Counted from the stretch's first letter, positions 17,969-28,764 are shown. The stretch is 64,000 bases of DNA from Candidatus Fermentibacteraceae bacterium (GCA_041750285.1 JBGSZS010000007.1:192001-256000); one strand, 5' to 3'. A program made the numbers and translations. Notes: generated by a model from the sequence alone, not told the origin.

Positions 17969-19615
17969 ATGGTATCAAGGGGCGCACTGGCGGCAGTCCT
18001 GCTTCTATTTTCAGGAATTCTGCGGGCTGACGGCACTTTCACACTGAACATCCTCCATCTGAACGACACCCACTCCAACCTTTCGCCGGTATCCCTGCCC
18101 GTACTTCCCGACAGCGCGGGCGGGTTCGAGAGGATCGACGCCGGCGGCGCGGCGCTCATCGCGGCCGAGGTCAGACGAGTTAAGCACGGTGACGGAAACG
18201 TGCTGTTTCTCCACGCGGGTGACCTTGTGCAGGGAACGCTTTTCTACACGGTTTACGGCGGCAGGGCCGATGCCGCGGTGTACAACGCCATGGGGCTCGA
18301 TGCCATGGCCCTGGGCAACCACGAGTTCGACCGCGGAAGCGAAGGACTGGCCCTGCTTCTTGACGAGGTGCTCTTTCCGGTTGTCTGTGCCAACGTTTCC
18401 CTGGCGGACGACACACTCCTCGCCGGGCGGGTGGCGCCCTTCACCGTTCTGGAGACGGGCGGGGAGAGGATAGGCGTCATCGGATTGATCACCGAAGAGC
18501 TGTCCAGCGTTTCGAGCCCCTCTGAGCACACCGTGACGCTTTCAGCCCTCGAATCCGGACGCGCTGCGGTCGGGGCTCTTTCACGCATGGGTATCGACAA
18601 GATAGTCGTGCTTTCCCACCTGGGTTATCCGCACGACATCCGGCTCGCGGAATCACTGCCGGGCGTCGATGTGATAGTGGGTGGCCACACCCACACGGTC
18701 CTGGGACGTTTCGAGCATCTCGGGCTTTCGTCAGGGGGCGATTATCCAACGCTGGCCTCCGGTCCCGACGGCGGGAACGTTCTCATCGTCACGGCCTGGC
18801 GATACGGATCCATGCTTGGAAACCTGACCGTCGATTTCGACGGGGATGGAAGGGTGGTATCCTGGAGCGGTTCACCGCTCATCCTGACAAGGGAGGAGAC
18901 GCACGGAACTCCCGGGCTGTGGCGCACCGACCCCGATCCCTTCGTGGGGGAAATCGTGGAAGGCTATGCCTCGGCACTCCAGGATTTCCAGAACGAGTTC
19001 ATCGCCACTGCGGAAACCGACCTTCCCAACACAAGGGTTCCGGGGGGCGATCTTCCCCAGGGAAGCCTTATCGCTCCGATCGTGTGCGATGCCATGCTCT
19101 GGAAGGCGAACCGGCTGGGAGCGGGGGCGGACATTGCCGTGCAGAACGCGGGGGGCGTACGCATAGACGTTCCAAGGGGGGAGATAACGACAGGCACCGT
19201 CTACACGCTCCTGCCGTTCGGCAACACCATGGTGATTCTGGACGTCGGCGGACGCCAGGTCAAAGACCTTCTCGAGGAAGCCCTTTCGAGCATCTTCGAC
19301 ATGGGCTTGTCCGACGGCACGTTCCCATACGTCGCCGGGATGAGGTATACAGCGTCTCGCGGCGCCCCTTGCGGCAGCCGTGTGACAGCCGTTGAGGTGG
19401 CTGTCCCGGGAGGCGGCTACGAGCCGCTCGATCCCGAAGCCACGTACCGCCTGGTGACCAACAGCTTCGTGGCGGGAGGGGGAGACGGGTACGGTTCCCT
19501 CTCGCTCATTCCGGGAACCGACACGGGTTTCATCGACGCCGAGATCCTGGCAGAGTACTTCCGCGAACTGGGAACGGTGAGCCGGGTGGAACAGCGTGTA
19601 TTCCTCGGTGATTGA
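17969..19615 (+). CDS. secreted 5'-nucleotidase / NAD nucleotidase (UshA/NadN family)
   Basis: Signal peptide; ILHLNDTHS, HAGD, GNHEFD, LSHLG, GGHTH; C-domain NAGGVR, LPFGN, GGDGY. Confidence 0.92.
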   Translation: MVSRGALAAVLLLFSGILRADGTFTLNILHLNDTHSNLSPVSLPVLPDSAGGFERIDAGGAALIAAEVRRVKHGDGNVLFLHAGDLVQGTLFYTVYGGRADAAVYNAMGLDAMALGNHEFDRGSEGLALLLDEVLFPVVCANVSLADDTLLAGRVAPFTVLETGGERIGVIGLITEELSSVSSPSEHTVTLSALESGRAAVGALSRMGIDKIVVLSHLGYPHDIRLAESLPGVDVIVGGHTHTVLGRFEHLGLSSGGDYPTLASGPDGGNVLIVTAWRYGSMLGNLTVDFDGDGRVVSWSGSPLILTREETHGTPGLWRTDPDPFVGEIVEGYASALQDFQNEFIATAETDLPNTRVPGGDLPQGSLIAPIVCDAMLWKANRLGAGADIAVQNAGGVRIDVPRGEITTGTVYTLLPFGNTMVILDVGGRQVKDLLEEALSSIFDMGLSDGTFPYVAGMRYTASRGAPCGSRVTAVEVAVPGGGYEPLDPEATYRLVTNSFVAGGGDGYGSLSLIPGTDTGFIDAEILAEYFRELGTVSRVEQRVFLGD

Positions 19616-19691
19616 TTCGGTTTTCGCTCACGGGCGGGGTTATATTCGCCTGTGATCGTCCGGTTACAGAACCTTGACAAGGAGGGTATCC

Positions 19692-20285
19692 ATGAACAAA
19701 AAAGTCCTTGCATTCCTGATCGCCGCGGCGGTCTCGGTCATGTCGGGGTGCGGCGATCAGCCGGCACCCGAGCCGGCGGCAGAAGCGCCGGAAGATGCTG
19801 AGCCCCAGGCCGTCGAACTCAGTGACACCATCGTGCTGCCCGACGGGTGGGAGATTTCCGACGCCATCAGTGCAGCCGAGGTCGAGGCCATTCTTGGCAG
19901 GACCGGTTACAGCTACTGGCACGAAACCCTCAGCGACCCGGCGGCGGGAAAACCCCAGGGAAGCTACTTCGACGGCAGTCTTGCCGCTTCCAAGATCAAC
20001 TTCCTCGTCTACACGTTCGACGGCCCCGCGAATTTCGACAGGGTAAGCGGTTACGTGAACGACAGCACCGAAGTCGAGGGCGACCTCTGGGACAGGGCCA
20101 TAATCGGCACGATGGGCGGCGCCATTGATGAGGTCAGCGTCGGAATGCTGATCCTTCGCGGAGACGTCTGCATTCGCATAAAGTGGGACGCAGCCGTTTA
20201 CGAAGGCTACGACAGGATCGAGCTCAGCGTGAAGCTTGCCGAACAGCTCATCAACAATCTCTACGGGGGTCCCAGGGATCTCTGA
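19692..20285 (+). CDS. hypothetical lipoprotein
   Basis: ATG 19692 after AAGGAGGG; lipobox MSGC; Pro/Ala/Glu linker. Confidence 0.8.
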   Translation: MNKKVLAFLIAAAVSVMSGCGDQPAPEPAAEAPEDAEPQAVELSDTIVLPDGWEISDAISAAEVEAILGRTGYSYWHETLSDPAAGKPQGSYFDGSLAASKINFLVYTFDGPANFDRVSGYVNDSTEVEGDLWDRAIIGTMGGAIDEVSVGMLILRGDVCIRIKWDAAVYEGYDRIELSVKLAEQLINNLYGGPRDL

Positions 20286-20303
20286 TCGTTCCGGTTAGAC
20301 CCT

Positions 20304-20338
20304 GCGGTTCCGGGCACTGCCCGGAACCGCGCTGTTTT
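20304..20338 (+). terminator. intrinsic terminator-like hairpin
   Basis: GCGGTTCCGGGC-ACT-GCCCGGAACCGC followed by GCTGTTTT. Confidence 0.65.
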
Positions 20339-20347
20339 GGGGGAAAA

Positions 20348-21847
20348 ATGCTGGAGACCATGGGTTTCGACAACGGAAAGTACCTGTCTGAGCAGACCGG
20401 AGCCATAGCTTCCCGTCTCGGGCAGTTCTCGGGCAGGCTTTACCTCGAGTTCGGCGGCAAGCTGATGTACGACCTTCACGCTTCGAGGGTCCTTCCCGGG
20501 TATGACCCCAATGTAAAGATCAGGCTTCTTCAGGAACTCAGGGACCAGGCCGAGATCATCCTGTGCATTTACGCGGGGGACATCGAGAAGCGAAAGATGA
20601 GGGGGGATTTCGGCATCAGTTATGATGCCGACGCAATGAGGCTCATAGACGACCTGAGGCGCCGTGACCTCACCGTGTGCGGAGTCGTGATAACCCGGTA
20701 CGCCGAGCAGCCTGCGGCTGACGTGTTCAGGAACCGCCTGGAGCGAAGCGGAGTGCGGGTCTACGCCCATCCCTTCACCAGGGGGTACCCAACCGACACC
20801 GACCTCGTGGTCAGCCCCGAGGGTTACGGCAGGAACGATTACATACAGGCCACCAAACCCCTGGTGGTGGTGACGGGGCCCGGACCCGGCAGCGGAAAGC
20901 TGGCCACCTGCCTTTCCCAGCTCTACCATGACCACCGCCGGGGAGTGAACTCGGGGTACGCCAAGTTCGAGACCTTCCCCATCTTCAACCTTCCCCTGAA
21001 ACACCCCGTGAACGCCGCCTACGAGGCTGCCACCGCAGAACTCGGCGACGTGAACATGATCGATCCCTATCATCTGGAAGCCTACGGGAAGCCCGTGGTG
21101 AACTACAACCGTGATGTCGAGGCTTTTCCGCTCCTGCGAAGGATACTCGAGAAGATTACAGGGTCCCGGTCCCCCTATTCCTCACCCACCGACATGGGCG
21201 TCAACAGGGCGGGGTTCGGGATAGTCTCCGACGAAGCCGTTAGGGAAGCATCGAAACAGGAGATGGTAAGAAGGTACTTCAGGTACCGCTGCGAGTTCGT
21301 CATGGGACTTGTGGAAGAGAAAACGCTTCAGAAGGTAGAGCTTCTGCTGAACGATCACGGAATATCTCCCGAGTACCGCTCGGTGGTCCTTCCGGCAAGG
21401 GCCGCCGCAGCCGATGACCCCTCAGGCGTTTCGAGAACCGGGGCGGCGATCGAACTCCGGGACGGATCGATCCTGACCGGGCGGAACTCGGATCTGATGA
21501 CGGCGGCAAGCGCCGTGGTCATAAACGCCATCAAGCGTCTCGCAGGGATTCCCGACCGGATACACCTTCTCACGCCCGAAACGATAGCATCGATAAGGAA
21601 GCTGAAGGAAACCCTTGGGGGGCCAAGGACCTGGCTCACCCTTGACGAGGTGCTCATCGCCCTGGGAATCAGCGCCACGAACAGTCCGGCAACCCTCGAG
21701 GCACTGGAGCGTCTTCCCCTGCTCGCGGGAGCCGAGGTACACATCACGCACATTCCCGTACCCGGGGACGAGGAAGGTTTCAGAAGGCTTGGTGTGAACC
21801 TGACCACCGACGCGAGCTTCGATTCGTTGAACCTTTTCAACGGCTGA
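20348..21847 (+). CDS. DUF1846 (UPF0371) family protein
   Basis: GFDNGKYL..LYLEFGGKL..DLHASRVLPG, GPGSGKLATCLSQLYH, GYAKFETFP, SPTDMGVN. Confidence 0.88.
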   Translation: MLETMGFDNGKYLSEQTGAIASRLGQFSGRLYLEFGGKLMYDLHASRVLPGYDPNVKIRLLQELRDQAEIILCIYAGDIEKRKMRGDFGISYDADAMRLIDDLRRRDLTVCGVVITRYAEQPAADVFRNRLERSGVRVYAHPFTRGYPTDTDLVVSPEGYGRNDYIQATKPLVVVTGPGPGSGKLATCLSQLYHDHRRGVNSGYAKFETFPIFNLPLKHPVNAAYEAATAELGDVNMIDPYHLEAYGKPVVNYNRDVEAFPLLRRILEKITGSRSPYSSPTDMGVNRAGFGIVSDEAVREASKQEMVRRYFRYRCEFVMGLVEEKTLQKVELLLNDHGISPEYRSVVLPARAAAADDPSGVSRTGAAIELRDGSILTGRNSDLMTAASAVVINAIKRLAGIPDRIHLLTPETIASIRKLKETLGGPRTWLTLDEVLIALGISATNSPATLEALERLPLLAGAEVHITHIPVPGDEEGFRRLGVNLTTDASFDSLNLFNG

Positions 21848-23066
21848 GGCTGTGCCGGCCCCCCATGGCGAACGTCAGAAGCGGCGGGGTGACAACCGCC
21901 GTGATCACTATCATGACCATGGCCGCAGCCATGTCGCCGGAACCGATCATCCCGTTGAGAAGTGAGACGCTGGCAGCCACAAGGCCCACCTCCAGCCTCG
22001 GGATCATTCCTATCCCGACAATGCTGCTCTGTCTGAGCGTGAGCCTCGATGCCAGGGCCGGAACGAAGCACCCCACGAATTTCCCCGCCACGCACAGGGC
22101 AGTATAGACCAGGCTGAACACCAGCACGCTTCCCATGGCGCGTATGTCAACCATCATGCCGGTCATGCAGAAGAATACCGGAACAAGAAGTTCCTTGACG
22201 GGCACGAGCTTTTCGGATATCCGATGCGCTGATCTGGTTCCCGACAACACAAGGCCCATTACATATGCGCCCACCACCAGTGCGAGACCGAAGAACTCAG
22301 CCAGGCCCGCCGCGAGCAGTCCGATGGCCAGGGCGAAGGCTGCCTGGGAAGAAGCGTCGCCAGCTTTCGTGATCAGCCACAGCAGCTGCTTCTGAAGCAA
22401 CAGCCCGAGGGCGAGCAGAACGGCGAAGAAACCGAATCCCTTCAGGAGTATCGTCAGAATGCCGCCCGCATCGCTTCCCCCGCCGGGAACACTGGTGACC
22501 ACGGCCAGGATGACAAGACCGATCACATCATCCATGACCGCAGCGGAGAGCGTGACGGAGCCTTCGGGAGTGTTGATCCTCTTCATGTCGAAGAAAACCC
22601 TCGCAGTCAGGGAAATCGAGGTTGCCGCTGCTATGGCTCCGAAAGCGAGCACCCTGTGGTCCGCCAGACCTTCGCCTCCTCCTGCGAGGATCACCGCAAG
22701 GCCTCCGCCGGCGAAACCCAGGACTGCTCCGCCCAACCCCACTGCGAAACCCTTGGGAGCGAAGCGAAGAAAACCCCTCAGATCGGTTTCGAGACCTGCC
22801 GTAAAAAGGAGCGTAACGATGCCGACAATTGTTATGCCGTGCAGCAGCCCCTCGTGGAATGCTCCGTCGGGACCGGTCGGAAACGCGGGCCCGAGGGAGA
22901 AGATCGTAAGGTTGCCGAGGGCGTAGGGACCGATGACAAGACCCACCAGCATCTCCCCTATCACGGCGGGTTGTCTGAGGAGTTTCTGGGTCACTCTTCC
23001 CGCGACTTTGGCGGCCAGGACTATCAGCGCGAACTGAAGCACGAACCTTGCGTCTGTGAATTCCAC
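21837..23066 (-). CDS. cation:proton antiporter, CPA2 (NapA/KefB-like)
   Basis: QPAVIGE, LFTAGLETD, ATSISLT, AAVMDD, PVFF, GMIPRLEV; GTG 23066 after GGAG; converges on and overlaps the DUF1846 stop. Confidence 0.9.
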   Translation of the reverse strand: MEFTDARFVLQFALIVLAAKVAGRVTQKLLRQPAVIGEMLVGLVIGPYALGNLTIFSLGPAFPTGPDGAFHEGLLHGITIVGIVTLLFTAGLETDLRGFLRFAPKGFAVGLGGAVLGFAGGGLAVILAGGGEGLADHRVLAFGAIAAATSISLTARVFFDMKRINTPEGSVTLSAAVMDDVIGLVILAVVTSVPGGGSDAGGILTILLKGFGFFAVLLALGLLLQKQLLWLITKAGDASSQAAFALAIGLLAAGLAEFFGLALVVGAYVMGLVLSGTRSAHRISEKLVPVKELLVPVFFCMTGMMVDIRAMGSVLVFSLVYTALCVAGKFVGCFVPALASRLTLRQSSIVGIGMIPRLEVGLVAASVSLLNGMIGSGDMAAAMVMIVITAVVTPPLLTFAMGGRHSLSR

Positions 23067-23203
23067 GGGTCTCTCCGATGGGTGTGAATGGAGCCGTAAA
23101 ATAAGCAAATTCAAGGCGGATTGCGAACAGCCAGGCGCTTTTCACTGCGGCCTGGATTGTGCATTATCAGGCTGAAAAGCACGCGCAGGAAAGGAAGGCC
23201 CCC

Positions 23204-25081
23204 GTGAAAAAGCTTGGGGATATGCTTCTGGGAGAAAGCCCCTTCCAGGAGCTTGTGATGGGCAATACCGCCCTGGTAAGGGGCATGGTCGAGGCAGGGG
23301 TGAGGGTGGTCACATCCTACCCGGGCTCGCCGACACCCGAGATCGCTACGGCCATCGCCTCGATCGAAAAGGACAGACGGCCGTTCCACTTCGAGTTCTG
23401 CGTCAACGAGAAGGTGGCGGCGGAGGTCGCATACGGTGCCGCCGTAAACGGCCGGCCGTCGGTCGTCTTCTTCAAGAGCGTGGGGCTCAATGTCGCTTCG
23501 GACACCTTCGTTCAGCTCAACCACATGGACATCCCCGGAGGCATGGTGGTGATAGTCGGGGACGACCCCGGAGCACATTCGTCCCAGAACGAACAGGACA
23601 ACAGGCATTTTGCCAGGATGAGCTACACACCGCTGCTCGAACCGGCAACGCCATCCGAAGCCTACGCCTTCCTCCTCAAAGCGGTCTCAATGGCCGGAAT
23701 GCACCGCATGGCAGTCATGCTCAGACTGACCACCCATGTTTGCCACGCCAAGGAAATGGTTTCCTTCGGCGGCTGGTCGAACCCTCCCCGGGATGACACA
23801 CCCCTTTTCGACGGGTCGGGAGGAAGCCACATTCCGATCGGAGCAATGGTGGCCCGGATGAAGAAGAGGGCCATTGAACGGCTGAAGGCTTCACACGAGC
23901 CGGGCCTCGACAGGATCGTCGATAACGGCAATCCGAAGAGGGGAGTCATCACCGCCGGGCTTCCCTTCCTGTCGGTTCAGGACGCCCTTGCAAAAGCGGA
24001 CAGGAAGCCGGACATCCTCAAGCTGGGGATGGTTCACCCGCTTTCTCGCGAAGGGATCTCCGATTTTCTTCGGGGCCACTCTGAAGTGCTCGTCCTGGAG
24101 GAACTGGATGACTTCATCGAGCAGTCGGTGAAAGCCGTGGCGCACGATGGCGGAATCTCCACGCGGGTTCTGGGAAAGGAATGCACCGAAGACTGGATAG
24201 GCGAGTTCACTCCCGGCAGGGTGCGTGAGATCCTCCACAGGCTCTGGCCCGATTCGGTCGATGCTCCCGTCTCCGTTTCCGGGAACCTGGCCGCTCCCGC
24301 AAGGTTTCCACAGATGTGCCCGGGCTGCGGCCACCGCAGCGCGTTCTTCGCCATCGGCAAGGCACTGCGGGAAAGCGACATCACCGTTGCCGACATCGGC
24401 TGTCACACGCTCGGTTTCCTGCCTCCCCATGAGATCGGGCGTCTCCTCATGTCAATGGGTGCATCCACAGGCATCGGGCAGGGTCTTTCCCTGTTCAACT
24501 CCGAAAGGAGGGTTGTCGCCTTCCTTGGAGACTCCACATTCTTCCACGCGGGGATCCCCGGTGTGATAAACGCCCTCTTCAACAACCACAGGCTTACCCT
24601 GATCGTTATGGAGAACGGCACCACGGCCATGACCGGCCATCAGGAACACCCCGGGACCGGACGCAACTTCAACGACCCGACCGATAGGATCCCCATCCGC
24701 AGAGTTCTTGAAGGGCTGGGCATTCAGAACATCTCCGAGGTCGACACCTACGACCAGAAAGCGCTGACGCTGGCGGTCGGGAAGGCGCTTGACGCTCCCG
24801 GGCTGAGCGTGGTCATCGCAAAGCACCCGTGCATGCTCAAGTTCTCCCGCCAGCAGCGCAGGAAGCCCGGGTTTGTCCAGAGATACGTCGAGGTCTCCCA
24901 GGACTCGTGCACACTGGCCAGGGAATGCATCGACAGGTTCGGCTGCCCCTCCTTCAAGAGGGACGGCGAAACGGGCCGGGTCTCAACCAACACCGACCTC
25001 TGCATCGGCGATGGCTCATGCATTCAGACGTGCCCCTCCGAAGCCATAGGCGCAGTTGCGCCCGGGAAGGAGTCCCGATGA
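23204..25081 (+). CDS. iorA: indolepyruvate:ferredoxin oxidoreductase alpha subunit
   Basis: YPGSPTPEI, NEKVAAE, DDPGAHSSQNEQD, MCPGCGHR, DIGC, TPP motif GDSTFFH..N.TTAMTG, C-terminal ferredoxin Cys; GTG 23204. Confidence 0.9.
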   Translation: MKKLGDMLLGESPFQELVMGNTALVRGMVEAGVRVVTSYPGSPTPEIATAIASIEKDRRPFHFEFCVNEKVAAEVAYGAAVNGRPSVVFFKSVGLNVASDTFVQLNHMDIPGGMVVIVGDDPGAHSSQNEQDNRHFARMSYTPLLEPATPSEAYAFLLKAVSMAGMHRMAVMLRLTTHVCHAKEMVSFGGWSNPPRDDTPLFDGSGGSHIPIGAMVARMKKRAIERLKASHEPGLDRIVDNGNPKRGVITAGLPFLSVQDALAKADRKPDILKLGMVHPLSREGISDFLRGHSEVLVLEELDDFIEQSVKAVAHDGGISTRVLGKECTEDWIGEFTPGRVREILHRLWPDSVDAPVSVSGNLAAPARFPQMCPGCGHRSAFFAIGKALRESDITVADIGCHTLGFLPPHEIGRLLMSMGASTGIGQGLSLFNSERRVVAFLGDSTFFHAGIPGVINALFNNHRLTLIVMENGTTAMTGHQEHPGTGRNFNDPTDRIPIRRVLEGLGIQNISEVDTYDQKALTLAVGKALDAPGLSVVIAKHPCMLKFSRQQRRKPGFVQRYVEVSQDSCTLARECIDRFGCPSFKRDGETGRVSTNTDLCIGDGSCIQTCPSEAIGAVAPGKESR

Positions 25082-25638
25082 ACATTCACATGACGGGAGT
25101 GGGCGGACAGGGTATCGGCCTTCTCAGTGAACTCCTTCTCAGGGCCCTTTCGAGGGCAGGCATGGAGGTCAGGGGAGTCGACACCCACGGTCTGGCACAA
25201 CGGGGAGGCGTGGTGAATTCCCAGATCAGGACGGGAAGCGGAGAGTTCTCCCCCCTGATTGCTCAGGGCGAGGCGGATCTTGTGCTTGCGCTCGAGCGCC
25301 ACGAAGCCCTGAGGGCAGTGAGCGGATATCTCCGCGACGGCGGGGCTCTTGCGTACTACGATGCGGTCTGGCAGCCCTTCGAGGTCAGGAACGGCACGGT
25401 GCCGGGGGTCTCGACGGAAGCCCTGCATGAGGAGTGCAGGCGCCGGGGCATCCGGGTCGTCAGGGTGTTCCGCGATGACCTTCCCGATTCCCGGATGCAG
25501 AACACTGCCCTGCTGGGGGAAGTACTGCGCAGCGGACTTGTTCCGGGTCTCGCCGCGGAGCACGTCACCGGAGCCATGGAGGACCTGCTGCAGGGCGGGG
25601 CATTAAAGGCGAACCTGGGAATACTTGGTGTCCGGTAG
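25078..25638 (+). CDS. iorB: indolepyruvate:ferredoxin oxidoreductase beta subunit
   Basis: ATGA overlap; MNIHMTGVGGQG, HGLAQRGGVV, ALERHEALR. Confidence 0.88.
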   Translation: MNIHMTGVGGQGIGLLSELLLRALSRAGMEVRGVDTHGLAQRGGVVNSQIRTGSGEFSPLIAQGEADLVLALERHEALRAVSGYLRDGGALAYYDAVWQPFEVRNGTVPGVSTEALHEECRRRGIRVVRVFRDDLPDSRMQNTALLGEVLRSGLVPGLAAEHVTGAMEDLLQGGALKANLGILGVR

Positions 25639-25685
25639 CCATTGGTTATAATCCTGGTGTATCCTAACGGAAGGGAAGGTGCGGC

Positions 25686-25895
25686 ATGGCCGGGAAGAAG
25701 GCTTGTTTCGTCGATTACATAGCCCTGATCCTGCTTATCGTCGGCGGGATCAACTGGGGGCTCGTGGGTGCGATTCAGAAGGACCTCATCCAGGGCATTC
25801 TCAACCTCGATCTATCCATCGCGCGAAGCATCTATGTGCTCGTGGGCCTCGCCGGTCTCTGGGGTCTCTTTGCAACCCTCGGAAGGCTGAAGTAG
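25686..25895 (+). CDS. DUF378 small membrane protein
   Basis: IALILLIVGGINWGLVG..IYVLVGLAGL; TATAAT at 25647-25652. Confidence 0.85.
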   Translation: MAGKKACFVDYIALILLIVGGINWGLVGAIQKDLIQGILNLDLSIARSIYVLVGLAGLWGLFATLGRLK

Positions 25896-25918
25896 TCCGT
25901 TATTTCTGAAGGAGCCCC

Positions 25919-26803
25919 TTGAAGCTTTCGGTGATAATCCCCGCCTTCAACGAAGAGCAGTCCATCGTCTCAACGGTTGAGCGGGTGAGGGATACGTTGT
26001 GCCGGTCCGGCATCGACGCAGGGATAATCGTTGTGAACGACGGCTCTACCGATGCCACGGGCCGTCTGGCCAAGTCCACCGGTGTCATGGTGCTCGACCA
26101 CGAACGCAACCTGGGCTACGGCGCATCGCTGAAAACGGGGATCCGCAACGCTTCATCCGATGTTGTAGCGATCATCGACGCCGACGGCACCTACCCCGTC
26201 GACCGCCTGCCCGACCTTCTCAATGCCATGCCCGGAGCCGAGATGGTCGTGGGCAGCAGGACGGGAGACACGGTACGCATTCCAATCGTGCGCAGACCGG
26301 CCAAGTGGGTCCTGAACAAACTGGCCAACCGTCTGACCGGAACCCGTATCCCCGACCTCAACTCGGGGTTGAGGGTATTCACGCGAAGCCTGGCTCTCCG
26401 TTACCTCAACCTTCTGCCCGAAGGATTCTCCTTCACCACCACGATAACGGTTGCTTCGCTCTGCGACGGCATCCCGGTACGCTTCATCCCCATCGACTAC
26501 CATACCCGTGAGGGTTCCTCGAAGATCAGGCCCGGCCACTTCCCCAACTTCCTCATGCTGGTGTTCAGGCTCGCAGTCCTTTTCAGGCCCCTGAAGGTCT
26601 TCCTTCCGGCATCCATGACCCTGTTCATCCTGGGACTTCTAAAGCTTTGCCTCGATTTTGCGATCGCCGTCGGCCATGTCGGTCTCACGCCAGACCTCGC
26701 AAGCTACCCCGTCATTTCCACGACAACGGTGATCTTTCTGGTTTCCAGTCTGCAGGTCCTTCTTGTGGGCATGGTCGCCGAGGCCCTGGCAGTAAGGCGG
26801 TAG
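25919..26803 (+). CDS. GT2 polyprenol-phosphate glycosyltransferase with C-terminal TM helices
   Basis: SVIIPAFNEE, VNDGSTD, NLGYG, DADG, DLNSGLR, FSFTTT. Confidence 0.88.
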   Translation: MKLSVIIPAFNEEQSIVSTVERVRDTLCRSGIDAGIIVVNDGSTDATGRLAKSTGVMVLDHERNLGYGASLKTGIRNASSDVVAIIDADGTYPVDRLPDLLNAMPGAEMVVGSRTGDTVRIPIVRRPAKWVLNKLANRLTGTRIPDLNSGLRVFTRSLALRYLNLLPEGFSFTTTITVASLCDGIPVRFIPIDYHTREGSSKIRPGHFPNFLMLVFRLAVLFRPLKVFLPASMTLFILGLLKLCLDFAIAVGHVGLTPDLASYPVISTTTVIFLVSSLQVLLVGMVAEALAVRR

Positions 26804-26808
26804 TTCCG

Positions 26809-28764
26809 TTGTGCGGTTTTGCGGGAGTCCTTCTGGGAAGTCCCGGCGACAGGTCTCCTGAAAAAGATCTCGCGCTTCAGGCAATGTCAGCGGTCCTCTC
26901 CCACCGCGGCCCCGACGACGACGGTCTGCATTGGGAGGGTCCGTGCGGCCTCGCGCATCGCCGTCTGAGCGTGATCGACCTGTCCGCCGCGGGCCGTCAG
27001 CCAATGTCCAACGAAGACGGCAGTATCTGGATCGCCTACAACGGCGAGGTTTACAATTTCAACGAACTCAGGCGTGATCTCGGACTTGAGAGGGATTTTC
27101 GTTTCTGCTCCCGGACCGATACCGAGGTTCTGCTTCACCTATACGAGAAAATGGGCGCCGGCTTCCTCGGCCACCTCAACGGGATGTTCTCGCTCGCGAT
27201 CTGGGACTCCCGGCGGGACAGGCTGCTTCTGGCGCGTGACCCTTTCGGCATCAAGCCCCTTTTCCACATGGAACATGCCGGCGGTTTCTGGTTCGCCTCA
27301 GAGATAAAGAGCCTTCTGCAGGCACCGGCCTTTGTCAGAGAGCCTGATCCCGAAGCCATTTTCCATTACCTGGCCTGCAACTACATCCCGGGAACCCTCA
27401 CCCCTTTCCGGGGAATCAGCGAACTTGCGCCAGGTACCGCCATCGAGGTCAAACCCGGTTCCGGAGTGACTGCCCGGTGGAGTTTTTTCGATCTCGGGAG
27501 CAGACCGGACAACGGAATGGACGAGAAAACCGCTGTGGAAGAATCGCTGCGGCTGCTGCGCGAGTCTGTGAAAAGGCAGCTCATAAGCGATGTTCCGGTG
27601 GGGGTGATGCTTTCGGGGGGAATGGACTCGAGCGCCCTTACGGCCCTGATGGTCCATGCCAGGGGCGGGGCCGGTTTCCACACATTCTCCCTTGCGTTCG
27701 ATGAGCCCAGCTTCGATGAATCGTCCTACGCCCGTCTCGTGGCCGGTACCATGGGTACGATCCACCATGAGATAGGGGTTTCTCCGGAGAAGGTCGAAGC
27801 CCTGCTGCCCGGATACCTCGCTCACATAGACGAGCCCTACGCGGACGGCTCGGCGATACCGACCTGGCTCCTTGCCGACGAGGCGGCCCCGCTTGTCACT
27901 GTGCTCCTCTCGGGAGAGGGCGGCGACGAGCTGTTCGCTGGATACGACACCCATGCGGCCATGAAGGCCAGGAAGATTTACCGCCGTTTCGTCCCGGGCT
28001 TTCTAAGGCGCCTTCTGATCGTACCGGCGGTCAACGCCCTTCCCGTTTCCAACAGCAAGCTGAGTTTCGAGTTCAAGGCCAAGCGGTTCGCCGCGGGATC
28101 CGAACTCGGGGTTGCCGAGTCCCACTTCGCCTGGCGGGCCGTACTCACAGGTGATGAGCGGCTGAGCGTTTATCCCGGTGCTTCCGTGAACCACCCGCCA
28201 TCCGATTCCTTCTTCACCGAAGTCTACGACGCCAGCCGCGGAGAAACCGATCTGGCAAGGATCCTTCGCATCGACACCTCGTGCCATCTTCCCAACGACC
28301 TCATGATCAAGAACGACAGGATGACCATGGCCCACTCCATCGAAGCAAGGGTGCCCTTCACCGACACTGAGCTCTACCGGTTCATGGCCACCGTGCCCGA
28401 TGCACTCAGGCTGCCCGGCCTGAGGAAGAAGAACCTTCTCCGCAAGGCCATGGAGGGGATCCTTCCGGCAGGGGTGATCGCCAAGAAGAAGGTTGGCCTG
28501 GAGATGCCCTATTCGAAATGGTTCCGGAACGAGATGAAGGACTTTGCCCACGACTGCCTGTTCGATTCCGGCATCCTCGATGCAGGCATTCTTGCACGGG
28601 ACGGGCTAAGGGAACTCTGGAACAGCCATCAGCAGGGCAGAAGGGACAACGGCCGCGCCCTCTGGGGAATCCTCAACCTCACGATGTGGTACGGGCTGTA
28701 CATCTCATCCGATGACTACAGGGGGTTCATTCGCCCCGGCAGAAGCAGGCTTCAGGGTGGGTGA
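26809..28764 (+). CDS. asnB: asparagine synthase (glutamine-hydrolysing)-family amidotransferase
   Basis: TTG 26809 gives the Ntn nucleophile M-C-G; HRGPD, HRRLSVID, NGEVYN, DTEV, LSGGMDSS, SGEGGDELF. Confidence 0.9.
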   Translation: MCGFAGVLLGSPGDRSPEKDLALQAMSAVLSHRGPDDDGLHWEGPCGLAHRRLSVIDLSAAGRQPMSNEDGSIWIAYNGEVYNFNELRRDLGLERDFRFCSRTDTEVLLHLYEKMGAGFLGHLNGMFSLAIWDSRRDRLLLARDPFGIKPLFHMEHAGGFWFASEIKSLLQAPAFVREPDPEAIFHYLACNYIPGTLTPFRGISELAPGTAIEVKPGSGVTARWSFFDLGSRPDNGMDEKTAVEESLRLLRESVKRQLISDVPVGVMLSGGMDSSALTALMVHARGGAGFHTFSLAFDEPSFDESSYARLVAGTMGTIHHEIGVSPEKVEALLPGYLAHIDEPYADGSAIPTWLLADEAAPLVTVLLSGEGGDELFAGYDTHAAMKARKIYRRFVPGFLRRLLIVPAVNALPVSNSKLSFEFKAKRFAAGSELGVAESHFAWRAVLTGDERLSVYPGASVNHPPSDSFFTEVYDASRGETDLARILRIDTSCHLPNDLMIKNDRMTMAHSIEARVPFTDTELYRFMATVPDALRLPGLRKKNLLRKAMEGILPAGVIAKKKVGLEMPYSKWFRNEMKDFAHDCLFDSGILDAGILARDGLRELWNSHQQGRRDNGRALWGILNLTMWYGLYISSDDYRGFIRPGRSRLQGG

